Shown here in pieces: positions 1 through 10,155 of a DNA stretch of 32,000 nt (positions within the stretch are counted from its first letter, which is position 1; the number at the start of each line of letters is the position of its first letter). The stretch is from Bacteroidales bacterium (GTDB lineage: Bacteria > Bacteroidota > Bacteroidia > Bacteroidales > WCHB1-69). Where the stretch lies: positions 235,455-267,454 of the forward strand of contig JAZSKB010000044.1 of the NCBI GenBank assembly GCA_045534635.1, in the 5' to 3' direction. The position numbers and the translations under genes are program-made. The notes under the pieces are model-generated. The model was given only the letters and a program-made list of their open reading frames with translations. It had not been told where the DNA came from and searched no databases.

Positions 1-1
1 A

Positions 2-1237
2 TATGCTTTATCTTTAATTTATCAAAACAAATTGAAAGAAGCGGTTGTCGCTTACAATAAAATAGAATCTTTAATGGGTGTCAACGAAGATATTTCCAAT
101 GCGAAACGCAATATATGGATACATCTAAATAAAATAGACAAAGCCGTTGAAGAAATGGAAAAATTAGCCGCTGCTTATCCAACTGAAGCACAATATCAAA
201 TCAATATTGCTGATTTTTATATCTCTAAAAATTCACCAGAAAAAGCACTTCCCTACTTAAAAAAAGCATATAACATAAATCCAAACAATGCACATATTAA
301 TGTTAGTTTATATAATTATTATGTAAGTTCTAAAAACGACGAAAAAGCAGGCGAATATCTTAAACGTGCTTTTGAATCCCCAGAATTAAATATTGATGAA
401 AAAATACGCATATTAATGCGTTACTATAATGATAAACAGAATAAAGATTTTGCTTTTGAACTAATAGACAAATTAATTATAGCACATCCCAATGATGCGA
501 AAACATGGTCAATATATGCAGATTTTCTCAATATTAACAATCGCTTAAAAGAAGCCAAAGAAGCATTTGAAAAAGTTCATAGTATTGATAATTCAAAATA
601 TGCAACATGGCAACAATATTTATCTATCTTATTACAATTAGGGCTCTACAATGAAGCATATCAACAATCAGAAACGGCAATCTCATTGTTTCCGACCCAA
701 CCAGCTCCATATATGGCACGAGGAATTTCCGCCATTGCTATTGGAGAACCAGAATTGGCACTTACCTCACTACAAGAAGGCTTATCTTTCACCGCTAATA
801 GTGAACAAATAGCAGAATTTAATTTTTTTATAGGAAAATCTTATGCTTATCTTGATAAGATAGATAGTGCTTTTCTTTTTTACGATGTTGCTGTACGTAA
901 ATCCCCCAAAAATGCAATGTATCTTAATGAATATAGTTACGAACTTGCCGAAAAAGAAACTAATTTACAATTTGCCTTAGAACTTGCCAAACAAGCCAAT
1001 GAATTAGAAAAAAATAATCCTTATTACTTAGATACTTACGCATGGATATTATATAAACAAAAAGATTATATCAATGCTAAAATATGGATAGAAAAGGCTA
1101 TCAATTGTGGTGGAAATAACGATATTGAAATTATGGAACACTATGCCCATATATTAGAACAATTAGGCGAAAATAATCTTTTAAAAGATTGTTATCAACA
1201 TATTAATTATTTGAAATCTCAACAATATGAAAAATAA
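2..1237 (+). CDS. Tetratricopeptide-repeat protein, 5' end runs off the window
   Basis: The frame is open from nt 2 with no stop before the TTG at 32, so the track start is probably not the real start. Repeated TPR-like helical units are present (e.g. AQYQINIADFYISKNSPEKALPYLKKAYNINPNN; PYYLDTYAWILYKQKDYINAKIWIEKAI). Confidence 0.7.
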   Translation, partial: YALSLIYQNKLKEAVVAYNKIESLMGVNEDISNAKRNIWIHLNKIDKAVEEMEKLAAAYPTEAQYQINIADFYISKNSPEKALPYLKKAYNINPNNAHINVSLYNYYVSSKNDEKAGEYLKRAFESPELNIDEKIRILMRYYNDKQNKDFAFELIDKLIIAHPNDAKTWSIYADFLNINNRLKEAKEAFEKVHSIDNSKYATWQQYLSILLQLGLYNEAYQQSETAISLFPTQPAPYMARGISAIAIGEPELALTSLQEGLSFTANSEQIAEFNFFIGKSYAYLDKIDSAFLFYDVAVRKSPKNAMYLNEYSYELAEKETNLQFALELAKQANELEKNNPYYLDTYAWILYKQKDYINAKIWIEKAINCGGNNDIEIMEHYAHILEQLGENNLLKDCYQHINYLKSQQYEK

Positions 1238-1517
1238 GAATGAATTTCTGTTGAGTGAAGTTTTAAATATGTTTTTAGAAGAACATCATCGCACAAATGA
1301 TTATTGGGCACACAAAATAGATAAAATATGGCGAGAAGTTATGGGAAATCCTATAGCACAATATACTCAAAAAACAATTCTAAAAAATAATACATTAATC
1401 GTTTATATCAGCAATCCTATAATCAAACAAGAATTACTTATTTGCAAAAGTTCTGCAATTACTCTCATTAATAATCATTTAAAAAACAATATAGTTAAAA
1501 CATTAGATATTAGATAA
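1227..1517 (+). CDS. DUF721 (DciA-like) small protein
   Basis: 96 aa. The pattern [41 protein letters not shown] matches the W..ivG..ia..t......g.L.v.v.s......L layout of DUF721. Overlaps the upstream gene by 11 nt. Confidence 0.6.
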   Translation: MKNKNEFLLSEVLNMFLEEHHRTNDYWAHKIDKIWREVMGNPIAQYTQKTILKNNTLIVYISNPIIKQELLICKSSAITLINNHLKNNIVKTLDIR

Positions 1518-1519
1518 TT

Positions 1520-2266
1520 ATGCACAGATTAGTTTTGATTCGACATGGAGAAAGCCAATGGAATAAAGAAAATCGTTTTACTGGTTGGACAGATGTAGAT
1601 TTATCAGAAAAAGGTATTAACGAAGCCATTGAAGCGGGAAAACGAATGAAAGAACATGGTTTTCAATTTCATTTTGCATATACTTCATACCTCAAAAGAG
1701 CAATTAAAACCTTACATTATGCTCTCGAAGAAATGGATTTACTCTGGATTCCAGTAGAAAAATCTTGGCATCTCAATGAAAAACACTACGGAGCATTGCA
1801 AGGATTGAATAAAAAAGAAACCGTTGAAAAATACGGAGAAGAACAAGTATTATTATGGAGAAGAGATTTTAATACCCAACCTCCACAATTGGCAATTGAC
1901 GACCCTCGTCACCCAACGAACGATATTCGTTATCAAGGAATTAAAGATAATGCGGCTCGCCCAGCAACAGAATCATTAGCCGATGCAATTGATAGAATTA
2001 TGCCTTTTTGGCACAATGATATTTCTAAAAAACTTCAACAATACAAAGAAATAATTATCGCTGCTCATGGCAATAGTTTACGTGCTATTGTCAAATATTT
2101 AAAAAACATTAGTAATCAAGATATTATTTCTCTCAATATTCCAACAGGGATTCCTTACGTATTTGAATTTGACGATAATATGAATCTTGTCAAAGATTAT
2201 TATCTTGCAGATGATGAGACATTGAAAAAACTTATGGAGGCTGTTGCCAATCAAGGAAAAAAATAG
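1520..2266 (+). CDS. gpmA: 2,3-bisphosphoglycerate-dependent phosphoglycerate mutase
   Basis: N-terminal [27 protein letters not shown] (catalytic RHGE motif), [15 protein letters not shown], and AAHGNSLRA. Length of 248 aa is typical. Confidence 0.95.
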   Translation: MHRLVLIRHGESQWNKENRFTGWTDVDLSEKGINEAIEAGKRMKEHGFQFHFAYTSYLKRAIKTLHYALEEMDLLWIPVEKSWHLNEKHYGALQGLNKKETVEKYGEEQVLLWRRDFNTQPPQLAIDDPRHPTNDIRYQGIKDNAARPATESLADAIDRIMPFWHNDISKKLQQYKEIIIAAHGNSLRAIVKYLKNISNQDIISLNIPTGIPYVFEFDDNMNLVKDYYLADDETLKKLMEAVANQGKK

Positions 2267-2998
2267 ATGAAACATTGGGCAATAGCAGATATTCATGGTT
2301 GTTACAATACTTTACGGCAACTCCTTGAAGAAATATTGGAAATTGATAAAACAGATTACCTCTATCTTTTAGGAGATATTGTCGATAGAGGTTGTCAAGT
2401 CAAAAAGACATTAGATTATATTATTTCTCTTCAAGAAAAAGGATTCAATATCATGCCTATCAAAGGCAATCACGAATATTTTTTGCTAAATGCTTATTAT
2501 TTAGAAAAAACGCAACAAGTATCAAAATATCGTTTTGGAAAATGCAAAGAAAAACGATATATTAAAAATTGGCTTCAAACGGGAGGTGCCAATACTTTGA
2601 AAAGTTTTGAAGTAGATAATGCTGGACAAATTCCAGAATTTTATATCAATTGGATAGAAAAATTGCCTCTTTATTATGAAACAGACAAAGTTATTCTCAC
2701 ACATGCTGGACTTAATTATAAAGAGGCAAATCCTTTTGACGACTATAAAAGTATGCTTTTCGGAGAAAATAATTATTTCGATAACAACAATTTACATCAA
2801 AAAATTGTTGTGCATGGACATAATATCACTTCGCTTGAAGCCATCAATGAAATGTTAAAAAATATTGATAAACATCGTTTTCTTTGCATTGACAATGGTT
2901 GCGTTTTTATAAATAACAACAACAATTATGGACATCTTATAGCCCTTGATTTAGAAAATATGACAATACAAACACAATTAAATATAGATTATTATTAA
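2267..2998 (+). CDS. Calcineurin-like metallophosphoesterase (PrpA/ApaH-type Ser/Thr phosphatase or diadenosine tetraphosphatase family)
   Basis: Carries the DIHG, GDIVDRG and GNHE motifs in canonical order and spacing. Starts immediately after the gpmA stop. Confidence 0.75.
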   Translation: MKHWAIADIHGCYNTLRQLLEEILEIDKTDYLYLLGDIVDRGCQVKKTLDYIISLQEKGFNIMPIKGNHEYFLLNAYYLEKTQQVSKYRFGKCKEKRYIKNWLQTGGANTLKSFEVDNAGQIPEFYINWIEKLPLYYETDKVILTHAGLNYKEANPFDDYKSMLFGENNYFDNNNLHQKIVVHGHNITSLEAINEMLKNIDKHRFLCIDNGCVFINNNNNYGHLIALDLENMTIQTQLNIDYY

Positions 2999-4395
2999 TG
3001 GCACTTATTAAATCAATATCTGGAATTAGAGGAACAATTGGAGGCGTATCAGGAGAGAACCTCACTCCTATTGACATTGTAAAATTCACCACTGCATACG
3101 CGATTATTATTAAAGAAAAATATCCTAACGACAACATTAATATTGTAGTAGGACGAGATGCTCGCCTTTCGGGATATATGGTAAATAATCTTGTTTGTAG
3201 CACATTGATAAGTTTAAGTATCAATGTAATTGATATTGGCTTATCAACAACACCAACAGTAGAAATGGAAGTCGTTGCTCAAAATGCTCACGGCGGTATT
3301 ATCATTACAGCAAGCCACAATCCTATAAATTGGAATGCTTTAAAATTATTAAACGAAAAAGGTGAATTTTTCTCCGCAGAATTAGGAGAAAAAGTATTAT
3401 CTATTGCTGAAAATATTGACAATATCAATTTTACAAATGTAGAATCTTTAGGAACTTACTCTAAAATTGATGATGCAATAGAACGCCATATAGAATCAAT
3501 ATCAAAATTAGAATTAGTTGATATAGAAGCTATAAAAAAAGCAAAATTTAAAGTAGCAATAGATTGTGTCAATTCTACGGGTGGAATTGCAATACCTAAA
3601 CTATTGAAAGAACTTGGTGTTGATGAAGTACATGAATTATATTGCACTCCTAATGGAAAATTTCCTCATACACCAGAACCACTACCCGAAAATCTTACAG
3701 ATATTTTAAATTATGTAAAAACTCATTCTATTGATGTTGGTTTTGTTGTTGACCCTGATGTTGACAGATTGGCAATTATCAAAGAAAACGGAGAATATTT
3801 TGGCGAAGAATATACACTTGTAGCAGTTGCTGATTATGTATTAAGTTGTAAATCAGGAAATACAGTTTCAAATTTATCATCAACACAAGCATTAAAAATT
3901 ATAACAGAACAACACAATGGACAATATTATTCTTCCGCTGTTGGAGAAGTAAATGTGGTAGAAAAAATGAAATCTTGCAATGCTATTATTGGTGGAGAAG
4001 GCAATGGAGGAGTTATTTACCCTACTCTACATTATGGTAGAGATGCTTTAGTTGGAATTGCTCTATTTTTAACAGCATTAGCAAAAAAACAAATCTCTTG
4101 TTCTCAACTTCGCAATCAATTTCCTGATTTTTATATTTACAAAGATAAAATTCAACTCACTGATGATATAAATATTGATAAAGTTTTACTTGACATAAAA
4201 CAACAATATATCAATAATCAAATTATTGATATTGATGGCGTTAAGATAATATTTGATAATCAATGGGTACATTTAAGAAAATCGAATACAGAACCAATTA
4301 TTCGTATATATGCAGAAAGTAATAATGAATCTATGGCAAAGAATTTGGTTGAGAAAATCAAAGAAAACATCAGCGAAAGTATTAGAAGAAAATAA
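2998..4395 (+). CDS. glmM: Phosphoglucosamine mutase (alpha-D-phosphohexomutase family)
   Basis: Bacteroidota-type N-terminus LIKSISGIRGTIGG. Phosphoserine loop TASHNP, Mg site VDPDVDRL, and sugar-binding GGEGNGG. TAATG stop/start overlap with the upstream gene. Confidence 0.8.
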   Translation: MALIKSISGIRGTIGGVSGENLTPIDIVKFTTAYAIIIKEKYPNDNINIVVGRDARLSGYMVNNLVCSTLISLSINVIDIGLSTTPTVEMEVVAQNAHGGIIITASHNPINWNALKLLNEKGEFFSAELGEKVLSIAENIDNINFTNVESLGTYSKIDDAIERHIESISKLELVDIEAIKKAKFKVAIDCVNSTGGIAIPKLLKELGVDEVHELYCTPNGKFPHTPEPLPENLTDILNYVKTHSIDVGFVVDPDVDRLAIIKENGEYFGEEYTLVAVADYVLSCKSGNTVSNLSSTQALKIITEQHNGQYYSSAVGEVNVVEKMKSCNAIIGGEGNGGVIYPTLHYGRDALVGIALFLTALAKKQISCSQLRNQFPDFYIYKDKIQLTDDINIDKVLLDIKQQYINNQIIDIDGVKIIFDNQWVHLRKSNTEPIIRIYAESNNESMAKNLVEKIKENISESIRRK

Positions 4396-4414
4396 CGACA
4401 ATCTTTTTCCTGAA

Positions 4415-5017
4415 ATGAAATATTTAATAGTTGGATTGGGAAATATCGGCAATGAATACGTTGGAACACGTCACAACATAGGATTTGAAATATTGGATTA
4501 TATTGCATCTCAACAAGGCATAACAAATTTTGAATCAGATAGATACGCATATACTGCATTTTTTCGTCACAAAGGGAAATATATTATATTAGTAAAACCG
4601 ACTACTTATATGAATCTTAGTGGAAAAGCTGTTCGCTATCATTTAGAAAAGAATAAAATTCCTATTTCCAATCTTTTAGTTATTGCTGATGATAAAGATA
4701 TTCCATTAGGTTCTTACAAACTCAAACCCAAAGGAAGCGGTGGCACTCACAATGGCATAAACAATATTGTAGAAACACTTAACAGCATAGATTTCGCAAG
4801 ATTGAAAATTGGTATTGGCAACGATTATGCCAAAGGAACTCAAATCAATTTTGTTTTAGGAAAATTCAACCAAAAAGAAATAGAAACATTGCGTCCTTGT
4901 GTCGAAACTACATTAGAAATAATAAAAAATTTTGTTACAGAAGGCATTGACCGAACAATGAATAAATTCAACACTAAACCAAAGCCAACTGCAACAAATG
5001 AAACAATATCTGTATAA
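4415..5017 (+). CDS. pth: Peptidyl-tRNA hydrolase
   Basis: MKYLIVGLGNIGNEYVGTRHNIGFE is the canonical Pth N-terminus with the catalytic His in TRHN. The internal ATG at 4415 was chosen because the track ORF start (4310) overlaps the glmM 3' end by 86 nt and adds non-homologous residues. Confidence 0.92.
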   Translation: MKYLIVGLGNIGNEYVGTRHNIGFEILDYIASQQGITNFESDRYAYTAFFRHKGKYIILVKPTTYMNLSGKAVRYHLEKNKIPISNLLVIADDKDIPLGSYKLKPKGSGGTHNGINNIVETLNSIDFARLKIGIGNDYAKGTQINFVLGKFNQKEIETLRPCVETTLEIIKNFVTEGIDRTMNKFNTKPKPTATNETISV

Positions 5018-5065
5018 TATTTTTTCCGAAATTACGTTATAATATTGTACTAAAAGTTTATAACA

Positions 5066-6622
5066 ATGTCAGAAAAAATAAAAATTTTATGGGCAGACGA
5101 TGAAATAGACCTTCTAAAACCCCATATTATCTTTTTAGAACAAAAAGGTTATGATGTAAGCACTGTAAAAAGTGGTAACGAAGTTCTCGACGAACTCGAA
5201 AAAGATACCTTTGATATTATTTTCTTAGATGAAAATATGCCGGGAATGACAGGGGTGGAAACTATCAAAAAAATAAAACAACATTTTGTTAGTTTGCCCA
5301 TCGTAATGATAACCAAAAGCGAAGAAGAACATATTATGGAAGACGCCATTGGTTCAAATATCAAAGATTATCTTATTAAGCCAGTAAATCCACATCAAAT
5401 TTTACACTGCTTAAAAAAACATACAGAAAACAAACGTATTATTACAGAAAAAAGCACATCTGATTATCAACAACAATTTCGTGCTATCAGTATGAAATTG
5501 ATGAATCGTATGAATTGCGAAGAATGGATGAGTATGTTTAGAGAATTAACTTTTTGGGATATGGAGTTTGAAAACAATATCGACCAAAATGTTAAAGAAA
5601 TTTTTTACGCCCAAAAAGAAGAAGCCAACAATTTATTTTGTAAATTTGTTACACAAAATTACGTTGATTGGATTAACAATAAATCCGACGATAAACCATT
5701 GATGTCGCATACTATATTAAAAGAAAGAGTATTCCCAGAAATCAATAACGACCGCCCTACTTTTCTTATTGTCATTGACAATTTACGTTACGACCAATGG
5801 AAAGCACTTCAACCAACTATTTGTGAATATTTTAGAATTGATAGAGATGAACTCTATTTCAGCATTTTACCTACGGCAACGCAATATGCTCGTAATTCTC
5901 TATTTGCAGGATTGATGCCAAGTGAAATCGCAAAAAAATATCCTAATTATTGGATTGGAGAAAATGAAGAAGGTAACAAAAACGAACACGAACATTTGTT
6001 ATTAGATGCTTATTTAAAACGTTATGGAATAAATATTAAACATTCTTATTCTAAAGCTTTAAATGCTGAATTTGCAAAAAAAATCAATGAACGCTTGAAC
6101 ACTACACTAAAAACGCCTCTCAATGTTGTAATTTACAACTTTGTTGACATGCTTTCTCACGCTCATACTGATGTAGATATTGTTAGAGAACTTGCAAACA
6201 ATGAAGCATCTTATCGTTCTGTTACTTTATCTTGGTTTGAACATTCTCCATTGCTTGAAATGCTAAAATACCTTGCAGAAAAAAAAGCAAAAGTATTTAT
6301 CACAACCGACCATGGTTCTATTCAAATTGTGAATCCTATAAGAATCATTGGAGACAAAGAAACAAGTACCAATCTTCGTTACAAAGTTGGTAAAAATTTA
6401 AATTTTTCTGAAAAAGATGTTTTTTCTGTCAACAATCCGCAAGATATTTATCTTCCTCGATTGAATATTAGTTCTAAATATATCTTTGCAACAGGGAATA
6501 GTTATTTTATCTATCCAAACAATTATAATTACTATGTTAACTATTTTAAAAATAGTTTCCAACATGGTGGAATTTCAATGGAAGAAATTATGGTTCCTTT
6601 TGCAAGCTTAACCGCTAAATGA
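5066..6622 (+). CDS. porX: PorX-type response regulator: receiver domain fused to a PglZ / alkaline-phosphatase-like domain
   Basis: Receiver motifs are WADDE, FLDENMPGMTG (phospho-acceptor Asp) and IKPV. PglZ motifs are VIDNLRYDQW, TATQYARNSLFAG, DMLSHA and TTDHGS. The 518-aa architecture matches the T9SS regulator PorX. Confidence 0.8.
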   Translation: MSEKIKILWADDEIDLLKPHIIFLEQKGYDVSTVKSGNEVLDELEKDTFDIIFLDENMPGMTGVETIKKIKQHFVSLPIVMITKSEEEHIMEDAIGSNIKDYLIKPVNPHQILHCLKKHTENKRIITEKSTSDYQQQFRAISMKLMNRMNCEEWMSMFRELTFWDMEFENNIDQNVKEIFYAQKEEANNLFCKFVTQNYVDWINNKSDDKPLMSHTILKERVFPEINNDRPTFLIVIDNLRYDQWKALQPTICEYFRIDRDELYFSILPTATQYARNSLFAGLMPSEIAKKYPNYWIGENEEGNKNEHEHLLLDAYLKRYGINIKHSYSKALNAEFAKKINERLNTTLKTPLNVVIYNFVDMLSHAHTDVDIVRELANNEASYRSVTLSWFEHSPLLEMLKYLAEKKAKVFITTDHGSIQIVNPIRIIGDKETSTNLRYKVGKNLNFSEKDVFSVNNPQDIYLPRLNISSKYIFATGNSYFIYPNNYNYYVNYFKNSFQHGGISMEEIMVPFASLTAK

Positions 6623-6624
6623 AA

Positions 6625-8025
6625 TTATTGATGGATTATATATAATTGTTTACTTGCACGAGTTACAGCAGTATATAACCAACGATAATAAGTTATCGTT
6701 TGCATTTGTTCTACATTGTTCCATAACAATATAAAAACTTTTTCCCATTGACCACCTTGCGTTTTATGACAAGTTTGTACGTATGAAAATTTTATCTGAA
6801 GAGCATTATAATATTCATCGTTTTTAATTGCTTTTCTAATTTCTTTTGATGTTGGCAAATAACTATAATTTTCATAAATAGCCTCATACAATAATCGAGA
6901 TTGTTCTATTGACAAAGAAGCCTCTTCAGAAGTAAGTGTATCTAAAATTACTTTAACGTCTATAGACTCCATATCATAATCAACTAATTTGAGTGTTACA
7001 TCTGCAAAATGAAATCCATACTGTTCTTCCATATTTCTAATTGCCAACACTTCCATAATATCTCCATTGGCAATAAATAATGTTGAGGCATTGTTAGGCA
7101 ACCAAAAATAATTATTTTTTACATTCATCACAAAATCGCCAACATCTAATTCATTCTCCATAAACAAAATACGAGAACGAATACCTTGATTAAACCAATT
7201 GGCTTGTTTATTACTTTTTGTTATAAATACAACACCATTCCCACCATATTGTTGATACGCATTTTGCAATTCTTCAAACATTTCTGCAGACGACAACATA
7301 ATAACATCATCAAAATTTTGGTTATCAAATTTATATTCGCCAAATTGCTGATATTTCATTGCATTTCTAATCTGCGTTGCATGCCACAAAATACCACTTT
7401 GATACTCCTGACGCATTACCTCTGTAAGTTCAGTTTCAAATATTTGCCTTGAATAACAATCTTTTAGAAAATCACCATCAAGTGCAGGACTAAATTCTAA
7501 ACCAATCGGAGGCAATTGTGCCATATCTCCAATAAACACCAAATGGCAATTTTTTCCATCTGTTACATAAGAAAATAAATCATCTAAAAGACTATGTTGC
7601 GAAAAAATAGATGTTTGTGAAGAAAGATTATCGTATATCATTGAGGCTTCATCAACAAAAAAAATTGTATTTTGATGTTTATTTTTATTTCTCACCAAAG
7701 CCAAACCTCTAACAGTATCTTTTACTTTATATATCTCTTTATGAATAGTATATGCAGGACATTGAGCATAATTACTCAATACTTTTGCAGCTCTACCGGT
7801 TGGAGCTAACAAAACAATTTCTATATCAATTTGTTTAAAAAACTTTACAAGTGCACTAATCAATGTTGTTTTGCCTGTTCCTGCATAACCTTTTAGTATC
7901 ATCAATGCTTGTGAGGTTTTTCCTGCAAAATAATTAGCAAAACAAAGTATAGCCTCTTTCTGACCAGCGGTTGGTTCAAAAGGCATAATGGCTTGCATTG
8001 TCGTTAAAAATTCTTTTTTCGTCAC
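6625..8025 (-). CDS. RecD-like superfamily 1 DNA helicase (AAA_30 + UvrD_C_2 type)
   Basis: Walker A GYAGTGKTT, Walker B-like FFVDEASM, GDMAQLPPI, and C-terminal CHKTQGGQW...YTAVTRA motifs typical of RecD/TraA-like helicases. Confidence 0.8.
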   Translation of the reverse strand: MTKKEFLTTMQAIMPFEPTAGQKEAILCFANYFAGKTSQALMILKGYAGTGKTTLISALVKFFKQIDIEIVLLAPTGRAAKVLSNYAQCPAYTIHKEIYKVKDTVRGLALVRNKNKHQNTIFFVDEASMIYDNLSSQTSIFSQHSLLDDLFSYVTDGKNCHLVFIGDMAQLPPIGLEFSPALDGDFLKDCYSRQIFETELTEVMRQEYQSGILWHATQIRNAMKYQQFGEYKFDNQNFDDVIMLSSAEMFEELQNAYQQYGGNGVVFITKSNKQANWFNQGIRSRILFMENELDVGDFVMNVKNNYFWLPNNASTLFIANGDIMEVLAIRNMEEQYGFHFADVTLKLVDYDMESIDVKVILDTLTSEEASLSIEQSRLLYEAIYENYSYLPTSKEIRKAIKNDEYYNALQIKFSYVQTCHKTQGGQWEKVFILLWNNVEQMQTITYYRWLYTAVTRASKQLYIIHQ

Positions 8026-8030
8026 AACAA

Positions 8031-8897
8031 TTATTGATTTTCAATAATTTGCATACAATTATATAAACTTTCCTTCCAATATGGTATTTCTATATTAAAG
8101 TCTGATTTAATTTTTGATTTATCTAAAACACTATAATATGGACGTTGAGCCAATGTTGGATAATTTTTAGCAAGGATTGGTTTTACACTACAATTAGAAC
8201 TACTTATTTCCATTATTGTTTTAGAAAAATCGTACCACGATATTGCCCCTTCATTTGAATAATGATAGATTTCTTGATGTTGCACAACATTTTTTTGTGC
8301 CAAAATAGTCATTATTACATTGGCTAAATCACCTGCATAAGTTGGAGTACCTACTTGGTCGCATACCACATTAATTTGTTTTTTTTCTTTTCCCAACCGC
8401 AACATTGTTTTTAGAAAATTATTTCCGTATTCGCTGTACAACCAAGATGTTCTAATAATCACACCTTTACATTTGGATTTAATAAACAATTTCTCTCCTA
8501 AAAGTTTCGTACGCCCATAAACAGATATTGGTGCTAAATTATCTACTTCTGTATATGGCTTATAATGTTGACCATCAAAAACATAATCCGTTGAAATATG
8601 TACAAAAAATACATCATATTGGGCCGATAAATTTGCTAAAATTCCAACAGCATTTCCATTCAATTTTTCTGATATATCTTGCTCTTTTTCAGCATTATCT
8701 ACTGCTGTATATGCAGCACAATTTATTATAATTTCAATTTGATGTTCTTGTATTGTTTTTTCTACTGCTCCTTTATCACAAATGTCTAAAATATCTACAT
8801 CTGTGAAAAGAAAATTATAACTTGTTGGAAACTGTTTTGCCCAATCTTGCAACTTTTTTCCCAACTGACCATTTGCTCCTACTACCAATATCTTCAT
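8031..8897 (-). CDS. rfbD: dTDP-4-dehydrorhamnose reductase
   Basis: Rossmann N-terminus MKILVVGANGQLG, NCAAYTAVDNAE, HISTDYVFDG, and YGRTKLLGE (catalytic Y..K). Length 288 aa. Confidence 0.88.
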   Translation of the reverse strand: MKILVVGANGQLGKKLQDWAKQFPTSYNFLFTDVDILDICDKGAVEKTIQEHQIEIIINCAAYTAVDNAEKEQDISEKLNGNAVGILANLSAQYDVFFVHISTDYVFDGQHYKPYTEVDNLAPISVYGRTKLLGEKLFIKSKCKGVIIRTSWLYSEYGNNFLKTMLRLGKEKKQINVVCDQVGTPTYAGDLANVIMTILAQKNVVQHQEIYHYSNEGAISWYDFSKTIMEISSSNCSVKPILAKNYPTLAQRPYYSVLDKSKIKSDFNIEIPYWKESLYNCMQIIENQ

Positions 8898-8941
8898 AGC
8901 ATTATGTTTAATATTGTTCTAAAATATCTTTATATATAGTG

Positions 8942-8949
8942 CAAAGATA
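8942..8949 (-). promoter_or_regulatory. Bacteroidota sigma-A -7 box (TAnnTTTG) for the rfbD-helicase operon
   Basis: The plus strand reads CAAAGATA, which is TATCTTTG on the minus strand. It lies about 45 nt upstream of the rfbD ATG. Motif match only. Confidence 0.5.
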
Positions 8950-9138
8950 ACATTTTTCTTACAAAATATCGCATTAGAATATAAAAACTAAAAAAAATAT
9001 TCTGCTAATAACAAAATCATCTTTCTTATACTCATTATTTTTAGTTTAATAATTGCACTTTAAACTATTTTTGTAAAAAATTATCAAAAAAAATCAACAT
9101 ATTTTCTCCTAAATAGCAATACGCATAATAAAAAATGT

Positions 9139-9146
9139 TATCTTTG
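9139..9146 (+). promoter_or_regulatory. Bacteroidota -7 box (TAnnTTTG) for the ruvX-def run
   Basis: TATCTTTG lies 20 nt upstream of the ATG at 9166. Motif match only. Confidence 0.5.
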
Positions 9147-9165
9147 TAAATTATATTTTAAGGAA

Positions 9166-9603
9166 ATGGGAAGAATAATGGCAATTGATTATGGTCAAAA
9201 GCGAGTTGGCATTGCAGTAAGTGATGAAAATCAACTTATTGCAGGTGCATTGACAACTATTGCAAGTGCCCAAGTAATGGATTTCTTGCAAAAATATACA
9301 GCCCAAGAAGTTGTTGATTTGTTTGTTGTTGGCGAACCAAAACAAATTAATAATGAAGCCTCTCAATCAACAAAATATATAGAGCCTTTTTTAAAACAAT
9401 TAAAAAAGATGTTTCCTACGATACCAATTGTTCGTATAGATGAACGCTTTACCTCTAAAATCGCATTTCAAACAATGATTGATGCAGGTTTAAGCAAAAA
9501 AGCACGACAAAATAAAGCATTAGTTGATAGCATAAGTGCAACTCTTATATTACAATCCTATATGCAAAGTATTGATTTAAGAAAAGAAAGGAATAAAATA
9601 TGA
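9166..9603 (+). CDS. ruvX: Holliday junction resolvase-like nuclease RuvX (YqgF)
   Basis: N-terminal IMAIDYGQKRVGIAVSD, then DERFTS, and a C-terminal SATLILQSY-type helix. Length 145 aa. Confidence 0.88.
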   Translation: MGRIMAIDYGQKRVGIAVSDENQLIAGALTTIASAQVMDFLQKYTAQEVVDLFVVGEPKQINNEASQSTKYIEPFLKQLKKMFPTIPIVRIDERFTSKIAFQTMIDAGLSKKARQNKALVDSISATLILQSYMQSIDLRKERNKI

Positions 9604-10151
9604 TATTACCCATTACAATATACGGCAATCCAATTTTAAAAAAAGAAGCAGAAAATATTAGTCCAGATTACCCAAATCTTGAACAATTAATTGCAGATAT
9701 GTTTGAAACAATGTATCATGCTCGTGGTTGTGGTTTAGCCGCACCTCAAATTGGAAAATCAATCAACGTTTTCGTAATTGATACCACAGAAATGGAAGAA
9801 GATGAAAATGCTATTCCTATAAAAAAAGCATTTATAAATGCAGAAATTATAGCATTTTCTGGTAAAGATGAACTATTTTGCGAAGGTTGTCTCAGTGTTC
9901 CCGGTATCAATGAAGATGTTCTCAGAAAATCAACCATAAAAATAGCATATTATGATGAAAAATTTCAACATCACATAGAAGATTATTCTGGAATGCCCGC
10001 AAGAGTTATTCAACATGAATTTGACCACATACTTGGTAAAACATTTATTGACAGAATATCACCACTAAAAAGAACCTTGCTTAAAAGTAAACTTCGTGAC
10101 ATATCTGCAGGAAAAAGAGAAACATTTTATAAAGTTAAACCTAATAAATAA
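9600..10151 (+). CDS. def: Peptide deformylase
   Basis: All three motifs are present: GCGLAAPQIG, EGCLSVPG and QHEFDHILG. ATGA overlap with ruvX. Confidence 0.95.
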   Translation: MILPITIYGNPILKKEAENISPDYPNLEQLIADMFETMYHARGCGLAAPQIGKSINVFVIDTTEMEEDENAIPIKKAFINAEIIAFSGKDELFCEGCLSVPGINEDVLRKSTIKIAYYDEKFQHHIEDYSGMPARVIQHEFDHILGKTFIDRISPLKRTLLKSKLRDISAGKRETFYKVKPNK

Positions 10152-10155
10152 AGAA

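Noticed and set aside
4310-4414. N-terminal 35-codon extension of the pth ORF in the track (start 4310).
   Set aside because: It overlaps the last 86 nt of glmM in another frame. The canonical Pth N-terminus MKYLIVGLGN begins at the ATG at 4415.
10096-10155. Track start of the TPR lipoprotein ORF inside the def gene.
   Set aside because: The extension overlaps the def C-terminus. The ATG at 10156 gives a clean lipoprotein signal peptide right after the def stop.
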